From Blastocystis sp. Blastoise (taxonomy: Eukaryota > Protista > Bigyra: Opalinata): a stretch of DNA of 64,000 nt. The translations under genes and the position numbers were made by a program. This document shows, piece by piece, positions 35,901-41,105 of the stretch. The DNA lies in the NCBI GenBank assembly GCA_039096225.1, contig JBBPEB010000003.1:558001-622000 (forward strand). Reading direction: 5' to 3'. The notes beneath the pieces are model-generated. The model saw only the letters and a program-made list of their open reading frames with translations, searched no databases and had not been told where the DNA came from. Position 1 is the stretch's first letter. The number at the start of each line of letters is the position of its first letter.

Positions 35901-38410
35901 GTGTTCTTGGTAAATGTGGTTCTGTTGAAGAAGATAATTTATCTTGGCCTATAACTGAAATGGGTACTGTTGCTACTATTCCTTGTACTACTCCTTATGA
36001 AGGTGTATATTCTAAAGAATGTACTTCTGAAGGTTCTTGGAGTGAAACTACTAATGGTTGTTATATTCCTGAAGTTATTTGTACTCCTACTGTTTCTAGT
36101 ATATTACTTCAAAGATATCAACCTGTTGAAGATTACACTGTTTCTTGTTCTATTAATATGTATGCCTTTACTATTACTCCTTCTCTTCCTAGAGGACTTC
36201 AATTTGATGCTGCTACTGGTGTTATTTCTGGTACTCCTGAAGAAGTTGCTATTTATCAAGCTTATACTATTTCTGTTGTTGAACCTTATTCTGGTTCTTT
36301 TACTGTATATCTTAAAGTAGATGAATCATATTGTGAACCTGAAGATGTTTGGATTCGTACTCCTGTTGGTCAAACTCAAGCTGTTTCTTGTAATAATTAT
36401 GATGAATATGATGGTGAAAATACTCGTACTTGTTTAACTACTTATCCTGCTACTTGGAGTGATATTACTTATAGTGATTGTATTATGAAGGCACCTTATT
36501 CTTTCTCTTATCCTAGTGCTTCTATTTCTATTCCTAAGAAGGTTGCTATATCTCCTCTTATTCCTAGTTATAAGGGTAAAGATGTTTCATTTACTATTAA
36601 TCCTCAACTTCCTGAAGGTTTAGTATTTAATGAAAATACTGGTGTTATTTCTGGTACTCCTACTGAAGAATCTGATTCTACTTATACTATTACTATTTCT
36701 AATATTAGTGGTCAATCTGAATTTACAATTTCTATTGTTGTTGGTAGTGTATATTGTCAAGCTGAAACTATTAATGGTTATGTTTTCGATGTTACTGATG
36801 CTGATACAACTATTACTCTTTCTTGTCCTAATGGTTATAGTGGTTCTATTACTAGATATTGTTCAATTACTGGTGAATGGAATCCTGTTCAATATGATTG
36901 TACTCAATTAAGATGTCCTGCTACAACTATTATTTATGGTAGTATTACTTTAGAATTACCTAGTACTTTAGCTGGTCAAAAAGCTGGTCATCAATGTTCT
37001 GTTGGTGGTATTTATGTACAATGTCAAAATGATGGTACTTGGTCTGATGTCGTTGATAATACTTGTACTTCTTGTAGTAGTGGCCAATATCCTGCTGCTC
37101 TTCCTGAAGGTGGTTTTGTTTGTACTGAATGTCCTGCTGGTAAGATTTGTCCTGATGGTACATTAGAAACAATTGAAGGATGTTTTGGTCAATTCTATGC
37201 TCCTGCTGGTTCTTCTTATTGTAAATTATGTGATAATGGTATAACTGAAAATAGTTCAATTGGTAATACTTATTGTAATTATTGTCAAGATGGTGAATAT
37301 GTATTAGATGGTGTTTGTACTAGTGATCATTATTGTGAACCTATAATGGATGTTGATGGTTATTGGATTAGAACATTATATGGACTTAAACAATCTATTT
37401 ATATTAATGCTAATAATAAGGTTGGTTATGCTCATAGATATTGTATTTATTCTGAAGAAGAAGGATATCATTTTGGACCTGTTGATTATTCTGATATTGT
37501 TGATCAAAATGTTGATGCTGGTAGATCTATTATTGATGTTAATTTCATTTTCAATAATTTAGCTATTTATCATTATTCTGAAGAAGCTGAAGAATTAATA
37601 GCTCGTGTATTTGTACAAAATTATGGTATGAGAATTGGTTATATTAATAGTTATAGTGCTGCTTATACTGTTGAACATGGTACTTATACTGTTAGTATTC
37701 ATGTCCGTTTCGAATCTAACTATATTTCTTTATCTCGTTTTGAGAAATATATTCCTTATTCTATTAATACTGTTATGAAGAAATTACGTGAATATAATCA
37801 TATTATTTTCCATGAATATGTTTATCTTACTATTCCTAATTATATTGATACTGTTTCTCTTACAGATACTTGTACTAATGCTGATTATGAAACTGATCTT
37901 ACTCAATATGTCTTTAATAATTGTTATGCTGGTGCTAAGGGTACTGTTTCTACTAGATGTTTACAAGATCGTTATTACAATTACTTCACTTATCTTGCTT
38001 ATTCATGTAAACCTATTACTCCTACTATTGCTGATCATACTTTTGTTGATGTTACTTATGTTGTTAATGAATTACCTCTTGCTTCTTTATATTGTGAAAA
38101 GAAGATTAGTCTTCTTAGAGCTTTATTAAAACATACTAATACTGTTTTATATAGTTTTGATGTTTATAATATGAGAGAAGCTTCTACTGAAATTTCTGTC
38201 TCTACTTCATTTACTATAAGAATTGAAACAAGTAACGAAGATGCTACTGCTGTTTATGAAATTTTCAAAGCTTTAGAAAATGAAATTTCTTATATTATTA
38301 CTAATGATCTTAAGATTGCTGGAGAAGAAATTACTGTTACTTTCAATGAAAATAATTCTGGTATGGTTTCTGGTACTGAAATGGCTAGAAGACGTCTTAG
38401 AGCTCTTTAA
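11969..38410 (+). CDS. Giant (8813 aa) secreted multidomain adhesin/lectin-like protein: signal peptide, degenerate metzincin (M11-like) domain, 4x LamG/ConA, 2x PA14, 2-3x FAMeT-like, WSC, DUF1349-like, bacterial Ig-like, many He_PIG Ig repeats alternating with HRM/sushi-like Cys modules, galactose-binding jelly roll, F5/8C-like, GCC2/GCC3-like Cys-rich region, SEA-like tail
   Basis: Uninterrupted 26,442-nt ORF with strong T/A-ending codon bias. N-terminus MNSSFLLLCVVFFASFLMGAHA. He_PIG-like LPSGLVFNxENGSISGTP repeated many times. LamG-like SISLWFK..WTHIGFT..IYING. PA14-like GSYTFQYKVDD..LTKGWH..YNGGG. WSC-like MSPEDCLAEC..YYGLTQGNKCVC..CTGDNLSYCGG. F5/8C-like LFDGSTSTK..PSDWTLIGSND..YSKYRIQF. 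Domain names come from motif recognition, not a profile search. Confidence 0.93.
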   Translation: MNSSFLLLCVVFFASFLMGAHAEVPLQNTALKVAFFRVNDLSDSSICSTTETIQTYTESILNYFKLLLGNSITLPSENIFVSDCITCDSTCYESTDTDFMNQITSETTGDYNIKIILTSSGGNRVAYSSLGSLSTFTGYTSQPIIFPYISIPSTLSEKNSQESLLLYHISKTLGLGNASKSTSTTNTFEFTQTSSQDDYATLMGSSTNGWLSIPTVSQYVNIISEKTLSSHWIKTVENGSSQKYRILAWDHPYSRTFLGESQSTQNEEDSIDSILFKNHVLSLNIPISQTTMYSNLDSSISEASILLEYRYNLDKSIVGGVGNQGSRIVSGIINKEGYNDNESILLNAHIDDMNSWIDSSIPYGATWYAKECDLGTLYIKVINIHNVNTPITSSMLTEERQTINSIPYIDIEITYIPSTPFTPTHLPVPSLTDFYFSPTLSECTINQDDATLTCSYITYDTFLISFIPTETFGIPRIYFNNNESPLIGIYGVNSFPGNAITSFTVGFGNEGYGKFTCTITSGTPIRDVNGGSIIQRVLNGNLQYKYGNGDAAVTIDGVSYAYTLSSDNPMDFWLHIATGTTSTNVIAGTEKIALMDQYGGITNANQKATYTYDDIQADFVLFCTGSGTPGLALGLSDNKPQGLYIGTITDIRVSDNVNVNHVYIDRPVWRATSRLAFEITSASTVVITPASIPSGKYTIPSLLIAQSLAANTWLTYPIDKLVSGDYFFVDFKGLIPSSLLMYLHTDSGIKTIDLNLLGGRTDVSLKITYEQLIALGTFGSVSRFSFSDTVVLHAIRPLYSTNYYTAKSVTKPATMATTKYNLGVSANDKSSMRFQLLAGTTTIPETYTFTSFTSTVDGTSFEFSTIDTSYSLSYDISNVHYEFETYTIDNGIVDISPLQTDNVSSWSITPEPQGFSFDTTTGILSGSPTITGSFTYTITASNGYSTKDLSVTLIFPEGRCEAIDNWPSTDIGVTTTLSCESGYKGIAKRTCLAGGIWSDVDSSLCVSLSNIETIATYLSLDNMQAGGHKVTTSWRMNTNESWTVAGWFRMYKANSDTRATIFALTDGTKYISNGFRFLEARHLNSGDAYDTLHLDAWGSSVDTNGLTTGICTQIADNTWRYLIFRYTHSETNSQKKIEVIFDNTVCLTYTSSLLANWATTPDKNYMSIGSIENNLSPRTIHSTLAFKDLEYYPGVALSTEYFDIIKSEKPEDIAVGIKSVYHATDSIKVDIIPNSVPETLTNVQFGCMAIEENTEIPSVDTVASSNSITEYTLHSISTITIPITDITKNYYVVCAGKSDSISTINEIMLLNKVLIHANSELLISDSTVSSSLISFDKNHFWLPMREDISDFSISFILLTTKATATLLSYTDGAYLTTVGSKFLYISSGYLRFIAKHSSNAEIVSNVVVNNDVWHSIVLTYSMATKTYSLYIDQELQGSTQLDDSYTINTLEEAYMVYYYSGTYGDFQGSLKNVIFHHSTLSIEEIAAADSQKPLEFGLSASTTTTIDSITYNYRILKLAITTPIDVYIYPALATDDIPSIETIKINGQHVSVLVGIDQSTTINNLISDTAYKVYLYAEKDTIFAVSQDSIETLAVATATLSSSNCQQFIATQGCSPSGLIDTTNAYTCSSMIPSSVSGYCICKDGRKMNAVTCNHDEFTCSDICNADESFVEVNKWIMRHHTSFTAYTGVNNIVPVLPRQVYFYDSINQAYSSGSAPTNVDTAVNSIFTFHSMIYIDTTGSYTFQYKVDDQVYFLIDSLNVNNVVINKNTYIGTWTSVTPKTLTKGWHNAYVINYNGGGAGGIEIQMKGPNDSAFKEITGQYRMSTHGILAQYKTEFYGDCSVNYYESTTNTFFTSELMMDLSNENGNTFGTSGNSLTDNFFASYTFVLYPTNTNTYTISVEAIDGIKINVDGVTKLTNNVCGEYTGSFDLDLVANTPVMFFVQYRTNGVSHKLKLYWKSSDMTEKVLIPSSNMYREDYSRCFQSEVDSLTLPYTYLNYKYTLDCPSGYNGYAYFSCADPKDKPFAYGMWSTEQRDTCYYNPISNAIYPLTTLDLHRYETVSNALTFDNIATSITISPSLPSGLTFNEDNGLISGTVTELIPETNYIVTLSNPVNTVSIVITISVVETYCSGDNYPTTAAGENAIGSCGDSSLFSGSKSATCGSVYPATWTNIINTCSRNQCSSITTDDMVFEATNTNSYATIYCPYTYKTIIRFCNLDMTWGDIENNCGKIVCIQEEYEGYIWPATEVNTIRSIACGEGLEGNRKRSCNVSNNDSNQGEWSNIIDSSECMIAPVNIDISIPTSSHVMKEVPISFDFYGQNYHIDINSILLSEGCSIQSTINDISILPQYTILIRRSSECIITFNTGFLLNTENQILTPRSPFSTTLTIAYRPIPVLNESYNNHIGYATELGINKYVVDSRNTENEAIQLLTGGLSYEDKDINTPYSISTSPYSSIGDELSISLWFKIDSIGSKNILTKAGTNGNNYSIFINDNNELIISTGNEMDTCAYYNTNVILNIDTWTHIGFTMKTTSAYSGTKTIYINGESTTCTYSSMYISSQSPVILGETGGITVSDFKLYKYVLTNNEMIELYNTFAIPSIRITVPLTTTSNIIDIPIEFSESVKNININKVSIINSIGGKDTIMSWTSTTLPSPSIHISFPISSGTRTLTTKLIFDTEFIQSTTTDIYNKYTEYIITYNSIIENPESSSFIPIFNPESSTSMSSNTPITFSFGQEVLFNGNSVIHYFDSEHSDEYNGDILISSLESSLTTLYIILPGGFALGRSIQFSMDSNICTALDGTPCPNVSSENTWIFNTNSPFTGTVVKSIEGNNKYASLIMYTITYPRQVATFDSSLISITNAVLSTVSINKNVVTFGIAPVFITETEILESVDVSIELPSEVAEDYSIPAITSTSIISESFTAYSLVRDYSFKNTGNDEIANKNCIYQNTISSWTYDSSSTSNSAYTFTSTTPSWECENTEDITFSTPIINSGISISFWYKTSDNSQTFTFIKKMFADNDHLDYEIGMKNNGLYIYTGDRTGLYLMSYTAPAVNQWHHIVYTLQATSTTNSKVSIYIDNKFIKSLDFGKVFKNEANPLYIGSSGSFTMSQVRIYGVPINAAIINTLYNQKSVPTISISSETTSISDSTPFTISVTTSKELTGIDNTIFSTVPMDAATINLPTPIDATHFTYTITPLTLGTISLHVKAKVAFDSNKIYNSMSNTISITNTATSHILPMFTILSAVPVTSAIVSFTIDTSALGITIATSEISASYGTIKSSSVSGYVYTGIFKLADNTDISQPGVITLNRNICGDDGNSLCVFEIPFASFLTTTENLRTAADDGNKEKFDTEYYQQLRWNTGSKDFVITFEANCQNDALIGIREYPISTTSTYLTFVLGGGSNSGLTIRKTVDSTNTNLATGIQANWCTSGSYVPMWVKKVGTTVTLGKGTYSDSATAALSYASFPEFTYTSFVAVLDNWGKPVYYRNVRITSLNTDNDTRIPVPELTIDTSSSPYSATLKFTRVPTTELASSSIQTVNMEVSEFTKVSNDEYTFKVSSVNTGINDNVHSITIPENSVSLQVGESTIGNSATTWSRESIPITVSLTWNPETASQYIYVPVTLTFNVPVTVYSSDIQVSDGYQVIDVYNTGNGCIATINAPITPITVTIPEGLVTLGGTSSPAASLDIHRSETATILPYINSNSNYPIWPATYAISNGELFFTLSLSSKEGIIIALSTAQSINDNSLIINFGKSTGTQTVISNGAGTVLSTITHDITIVSDNYQTYWVNYKNNVISIGTGIESTSESTLVSYEYNTIVATYFTFSTGESPAYIKNLSISSGSSSSIYTPLTITVSDASSGTTDIPIVINVELPEGTTLLPSQWIVGNGVMLSGINNHEYLFYPNINGISTFFLPTGVVKTSTMTSAQSNVYSYIIPSRLTSYILPAVQENNYYNYVSSGWKLPTTNLGSVKFNYMSTNDNNLKIAFSNSLDTFNSNRYEITVCGNSKIVSAINDETVSTVLGTPVDCSTSAAYEILVDSTTIYLKSSTGTVYVSIPLDSSLDATYFTFAASTSITDGYLTSKDTVHTISIRTTSISYSTNFETVEDWPNDGYTSVARTSFAAETVDGETVGALSYLTSGNVEWGTRTNLIYFSHTLPTGWTELTFSMKFTETTGTKQQGCIGLAKTSDLTWLADAICLQHWTDGYTIKHQRKLSSWSYNGDATFSGTYTNWVDFKFVKVSDTQYDYYFKQDTTAAHTEWTKFSSSSDSDMSGVNRLCIHGYDEDGSAVSSSAKTYFSHMVVTVPIAPQQVTSTFGCMSMSSSLPVITIDNMSPEDCLAECASSEYYGLTQGNKCVCIPTYDDLTQHIDNSLCTTICTGDNLSYCGGSDNMYVIPTTNTLYYNEPFSATSGWKQDFPNPSIASVSYANGQMTITTTANTDITSTTRNNAPFMYKPMPKEFTSEVTIHFPTGTSNHAAGYAITSEDGQYPISLCIIDYYTLNTPLIVYKAYNSATTYFTNAGGAMTDVTLRLRRDANNNYYCSYKRAGGSWSVEYTDNTKTATTSTRLNLLGKSVNMGKATVYSDFKLYTTFAETTATLSSTIDSTVYSNTVSVYVTFSQNVLLTVDSPFVVSNCAVSNVLALSDTVYLLTVSISSLGTFSIGLPTSITDINDQPIAASNTITGVYNIKTFNSWLIPESTGFYISTNEIIVYLVSSLPLSTASLSLLSITNADLINSEVINENTYKLAMTARSSDIVTIYLPEGILSYAEGVYNTKSNIVMYYYSPTHCNAGTSEGFEWPMTPIGTYSTFNCESEYDGIIKRYCKLNGLWGVVDNSCIIKKCANQQIDDFLWLAADINTIRYANCPQYQSGSLYRQCTLIDNVATWGELVNNCVDMPITSVTYPAISVHRYESIEVTPTIVGIAHTFESTVLPEGISINPTTGVISGSSAILLDIQDYAITVTNGAGSYETTVSIVINQLYCEDESYGSVIAGESKEIPCENTAEYGYTSRTCLPQYPATWSEIVSTCELRSCSEDIDTIYNQTWETKTATEVIDLDYYDGGLDRCVLHRTCQVDGTWSEITSDCTRITCASTTVNDDTITLPETNVEMNYDLECPMYYSGNAYYTCTLVEGNGVWSDLILTNCTISPIEHYTYDIAYHALYINSAIPMQSPVTTGIIDSYSITPDPTTSGLTFDTETGAISGTATTIGTYIYTLTATNAAGSVEFTYELYIYDHYCEEVDGFAQTVPGEIATKPCDPILYTGDYTRTCLKSTIEFGPIINGCVKRIPYDISYSDSNNYSFYKGESVHLIPTVSGIVESISCSPALPGSLSIDTVGVIRGNAPETLDSTEYTVTFGNSEGSNTVILTLSVSTTTKEYTWKESIVSQDTTEWTQYNYDDSTWNTITFASNTHTETTVYYRTHFTIYDEEAMQYTFTINTIGGIEVYINGQSVFISTENKPFTIATYTFTLSTYDIIHTGTNTLAIRIELPESDMSTQLEYSIVPIYGNCDMNASNASSSIASSATETLAMLFDGSTSTKGYFEGGCPEKTFYIEYSYSEPTVITRYTLIAANDCGKRHPSDWTLIGSNDDFATETIVDTVSGNVFTQTYQSLSFNVDTPGAYSKYRIQFTKCQTSIFTNNALAYDNALQLSEIQYCTGNLPRSCSATDGYGDAMENGLSTKACPSGTIGYIQSTCTEGSYTNEEYLCSPITEFDLSYSETSLEVNMNVVFTINPVTTATVNSYSSTSLPEGVTLNSETGIVTGSINSVGTYIIMITAINNNNQRATTQVTITVVDGGCMENDVKYSVGSTIERDCGDILKEGHLEYTCQRSDSYEWILTNTYCTYKAPTISYDESSYIWYRKTSNVNIMPTIENYVSSYTISPELPSGLVFNNENGSISGTPLIYSPLVEYTITAINEDKSGNVKLSITILNKICDATEDGYEETTSGNSFSIPCENNELYEGSITRECIDNDNSYWSTETDSCIRMKCPEDVYDGKTYESTPTNTHISIPCGEGFIGTYERFCNLDKTWSDPVDHCTSTNVVCIPSITEINIVRLQPVPEYTISCNSEIIESYSINSELPDGLVFNSETGIISGIPTTTLIPSTKFIISVNTPLVGGYEMNVIINELYCDVDGEWNFAVAGTTATHECDSLKEGSITRVCNNVYPATWEDEENTCKYKAPTISYDESSYIWYRKTSEINIMPTIGNYVSSYTISPELPSGLVFNSENGSISGTPLIYSAITEYTITAINEDKSGSVIIAITILNKICDATEDGKYEESVAGTKIELSCPESELYSGLISRECIDNDNSYWSEITNTCTRNTCNSITEDDDLIWDITPTDTTATKSCDEGLEGSITKKCNLDGTWSDTINTCGLPTIDCTISTSEITIVRLQPIPTYTITCNKPITTFTINPIISDIETLSFNSETGIISGYYTSVISKQTYTIQPVGYSGSVSLSLTINELYCNVDGEWSETVAGTSAVHECDSLKEGSITRLCNNEYPASWSESIINTCTYKAPTISYDESSYIWYRKTSNVNIMPTIENYVSSYTISPELPSGLVFNNENGSISGTPLIYSPLVEYTITAINEDKSGNVKLSITILNKICDATEDGYEETTSGNSFSIPCENNELYEGSITRECIDNDNSYWSTETDSCIRMKCPEDVYDGKTYESTPTNTHISIPCGEGFIGTYERFCNLDKTWSDPVDHCTSTNVVCIPSITEINIVRLQPVPEYTISCNSEIIESYSINSELPDGLVFNSETGIISGIPTTTLIPSTKFIISVNTPLVGGYEMNVIINELYCDVDGEWNFAVAGTTATHECDSLKEGSITRVCNNVYPATWEDEENTCKYKAPTISYDESSYIWYRKTSEINIMPTIGNYVSSYTISPELPSGLVFNSENGSISGTPLIYSAITEYTITAINEDKSGSVIIAITILNKICDATEDGKYEESVAGTKIELSCPESELYSGLISRECIDNDNSYWSEITNTCTRNTCNSITEDDDLIWDITPTDTTATKSCDEGLEGSITKKCNLDGTWSDTINTCGLPTIDCTISTSEITIVRLQPIPTYTITCNKPITTFTINPIISDIETLSFNSETGIISGYYTSVISKQTYTIQPVGYSGSVSLSLTINELYCNVDGEWSETVAGTSAVHECDSLKEGSITRLCNNEYPASWSESIINTCTYKAPTISYDESSYIWYRKTSNVNIMPTIENYVSSYTISPELPSGLVFNNENGSISGTPLIYSPLVEYTITAINEDKSGNVKLSITILNKICDATEDGYEETTSGNSFSIPCENNELYEGSITRECIDNDNSYWSTETDSCIRMKCPEDVYDGKTYESTPTNTHISIPCGEGFIGTYERFCNLDKTWSDPVDHCTSTNVVCIPSITEINIVRLQPVPEYTISCNSEIIESYSINSELPDGLVFNSETGIISGIPTTTLIPSTKFIISVNTPLVGGYEMNVIINELYCDVDGEWNFAVAGTTATHECDSLKEGSITRVCNNVYPATWEDEENTCKYKAPTISYDESSYIWYRKTSEINIMPTIGNYVSSYTISPELPSGLVFNSENGSISGTPLIYSAITEYTITAINEDKSGSVIIAITILNKICDATEDGKYEESVAGTKIELSCPESELYSGLISRECIDNDNSYWSEITNTCTRNTCNSITEDDDLIWDITPTDTTATKSCDEGLEGSITKKCNLDGTWSDTINTCGLPTIDCTISTSEITIVRLQPIPTYTITCNKPITTFTTDFELPNNVVFNSETGIISGIPQATLSYTLITIQPVGFVGSVSLSLTVNELYCDVDGEWSETVAGTSATHECDSLKEGSITRICLNEYPASWSESIINTCTYKAPTISYLYDTYTYQRLLSKVSLVPVLGNHISSITISPELPSGLVFNNEDGSISGTPLIYSPLVEYTITAINEDKSTSYILKIKVVNTICDADIENGWPLTYANNVATKSCSDELFVGSITRECIQSDNSYWGDIQDTCVLGKCGSVEEDNLSWPITEMGTVATIPCTTPYEGVYSKECTSEGSWSETTNGCYIPEVICTPTVSSILLQRYQPVEDYTVSCSINMYAFTITPSLPRGLQFDAATGVISGTPEEVAIYQAYTISVVEPYSGSFTVYLKVDESYCEPEDVWIRTPVGQTQAVSCNNYDEYDGENTRTCLTTYPATWSDITYSDCIMKAPYSFSYPSASISIPKKVAISPLIPSYKGKDVSFTINPQLPEGLVFNENTGVISGTPTEESDSTYTITISNISGQSEFTISIVVGSVYCQAETINGYVFDVTDADTTITLSCPNGYSGSITRYCSITGEWNPVQYDCTQLRCPATTIIYGSITLELPSTLAGQKAGHQCSVGGIYVQCQNDGTWSDVVDNTCTSCSSGQYPAALPEGGFVCTECPAGKICPDGTLETIEGCFGQFYAPAGSSYCKLCDNGITENSSIGNTYCNYCQDGEYVLDGVCTSDHYCEPIMDVDGYWIRTLYGLKQSIYINANNKVGYAHRYCIYSEEEGYHFGPVDYSDIVDQNVDAGRSIIDVNFIFNNLAIYHYSEEAEELIARVFVQNYGMRIGYINSYSAAYTVEHGTYTVSIHVRFESNYISLSRFEKYIPYSINTVMKKLREYNHIIFHEYVYLTIPNYIDTVSLTDTCTNADYETDLTQYVFNNCYAGAKGTVSTRCLQDRYYNYFTYLAYSCKPITPTIADHTFVDVTYVVNELPLASLYCEKKISLLRALLKHTNTVLYSFDVYNMREASTEISVSTSFTIRIETSNEDATAVYEIFKALENEISYIITNDLKIAGEEITVTFNENNSGMVSGTEMARRRLRAL
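29471..35178 (+). repeat. In-frame coding tandem repeat, 2004-bp (668-aa) unit, about 2.85 near-identical copies; each unit consists of two diverged ~1-kb halves
   Basis: Units start TGTACTTATAAAGCTCC at 29471, 31475 and 33479. Identical shadow ORFs recur at 29667/31671/33675 and 30321/32325/34329 (spacing 2004). The third copy diverges at ~35179. Confidence 0.97.
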
Positions 38411-40679
38411 ATTTATTTTTTCATTCAAGTAAATTTATGATTTTATATATATTTGATTTGTTTTTAATTTATTTTTCTTTTTTATTTTATTATACTTCTT
38501 TTTTTATTTAATTCTATATAATCTTTCGTTATCCAATCGTTTAACCGATTTATATATAATAAATATATTATTTTGAATTCTTGTATACTCTCTTTATGTT
38601 ATTTTTATCATTTATTTGATTTTATTCAAATTAATATGGTTTATATATAATCGTTGTTATAAAAATGGTGTTTTGTTTAAATATTAATCGATTTTATCCT
38701 TTACTCAATTGTTTAAACATTTTTGATGTGTTTATTATTTAAAAAATATAATTTGAAACTATTTTAAGAAACTAAATATAATTATTTGCAGATAAAAATA
38801 GGTCATTACATAAATCATCATATTCTCAATTTCTCAAACACATTATTTTTCTTCTCTATAGAATACAGATTTTTTTTTCTGTAGCCAAATATAATAATAT
38901 GTTTTCTTATTTCATAAAAAGTAATCCATGAGATTAATTTGCAAGAGAAAACCAAATATTTGGGTATTTTGAATTTAAACATATCCGAATACTCTGAATA
39001 ATAATTAGATAACCATATAATTAAAATATTTTGCAAGAATCAATCAAAAATTTGTTTGATAGCAATAAATACAATTTGATTTGTGCTGATCAATCTCTGA
39101 GTCATAAAAATCTTTTATCTTATTTTATATAAATAATAATCATCAAAATCTTGGAGACATAATTTTTCATAAATATAGTTTATAATAACAAACTAACCTT
39201 CCACATACCTATATATTATTTTTAACATATTTATAGACTAAAATATTGGAATGTAAAATAAAAATGTCAAAATATGAATTTTTGTAAACATTTTCTAATG
39301 TATTTTTTGTTGATTTTTCATTTTTTATCTTTTTATTTATTTATTTATTTATTTCGATAATACTATGTTATATTTTTGTAGTAGAAGATGATGGTAATAC
39401 AAAAAGACACCTTATTTTTTATTTTTATATATTAAAAATATTCATATCCTTTTTCGTTATGTTGAAAAATAATATTACTATGTCTGTAGAATTGAAATAG
39501 ACATGGTACACACATTTATTATGCTTAAGTTCAATTTAATAAATTATTATTGTTTATGGTTTGAATTTTACATGATAAAAGAATTAATTTTTGATAGAAA
39601 AATGATGCAACGTATGTCAAACAAGATACTAAGATGATTATAGATGCAAATAGTCATTATCTTTTTGATTTATTTAATGATATTTTATTGATATTCATGA
39701 AATATAAATAGAATATGTTTTTACGTATTATACGGATTGCTCAGATTTTATTTATGATGTATTTAGCACGTTAATTGAAACTCCACTGAAGAATGTATCT
39801 ATAATTCTTGCATATTTACCAAATTTTTAATATCAATACGATATAATAGAGTATGTATCACGTATAATGTTTTAAAAAGGAGCCAGACATTCATATTTCA
39901 TTTCATTATAATAGTACTATTAATGTTCTAAAGAATTCTATAACACACAATATTTTTCCTTATCAGCAGATGAATCAGGACTTTAAATCTAGAGAGTTTT
40001 TCTTTGTTGAATAATAAACAGTTATGTTAAATTGGTATAAATTATCTACATTTAATATGAGCTTCACTTCGTCTATATACTGAATATAAATTTATGTGAG
40101 ATTTTTGAAGTTATATTATTTATTGTGTTTTGAACTATCAGATAAGAATTGGTTGAATAATTTTCTCTATTTTACATGGCTTTAAGAGCATAAAAATCAT
40201 TAACAAAGTTATCAATCTTATGATTAATTAGAATTACTGTTTGCAGAGTATATTGAATATATTATTATCATGAATGAAAATGTATATCATGATAAATACA
40301 CAAAATATACATAATTCTAATTCTTGAAATTCAACTCTGCCACTTGTCTATCAATTCAAAAAGTGAATGAAATAATTTGATTTCCTTTTAAATTAAATAA
40401 GAGATAAGGAATCAGTTATTTATATATTTATCTTTATAAAAAGATAAGAAAGTTCTTCATGATTAACTCCTAGTTCTTCTTTGTTGCTGTTAAATAATCG
40501 CAATAGTTCATATAATATCACAATTGGTATTCTTCAAAGATTTTGATAACTAAATGAGAAATATATTTGATCTCTGCTTCTTTTAATAAAGGAAAAAGGA
40601 TGTTTTTTTTCTTCTTTTTTTTTCGGTGATCTATTATTTTGTACTTTATGGAAACTTATTTTGTTTTTCAAGTTGTTAC

Positions 40680-41056
40680 ATGATGGATCAGCAGATAATT
40701 GAAGCAAGTGATTATTCCTTATTGACATCTCTTATTATAGATGCATTTCAAAATGAGCCTTTCTCTCAAACGATAATAAGAAGAGATGAAAAACATACAT
40801 GGGCTGAAGAAACCATGTGGAAAACTGTGGTTGATATCACAGTTGAAAAAGGAAATTATCATGCTTGGGTTGATCAAAATTATCGTTCAGCTATTATATG
40901 GTATATATTATTTGCTTTAAAAAGAATATGATTCAAACATATATATATTTATATAGGTCTGAAGATAAGAAACATTCTGAAGCTAGTTGGTTTTATAAAT
41001 TGAAAAAAGTTCCTTCTTTATATAAAGTTGTTGGTGGATTTAAGCAAGCGTACAAA

Positions 41057-41105
<49 letters not shown>

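Noticed and set aside
13038-38129. Many short Leu/Ile-rich ORFs overlapping the giant gene
   Set aside because: Off-frame and antisense shadows of its T-ending codon bias; they repeat with the tandem array and have no independent signal.
38400-38470. Polyadenylation-created stop codons (Blastocystis-type, with a downstream TGTTTGTT motif)
   Set aside because: The gene ends I could define (38410, 41672, 42047, 57116, 61574) have genomically encoded stops, and I did not see the motif at the expected position.
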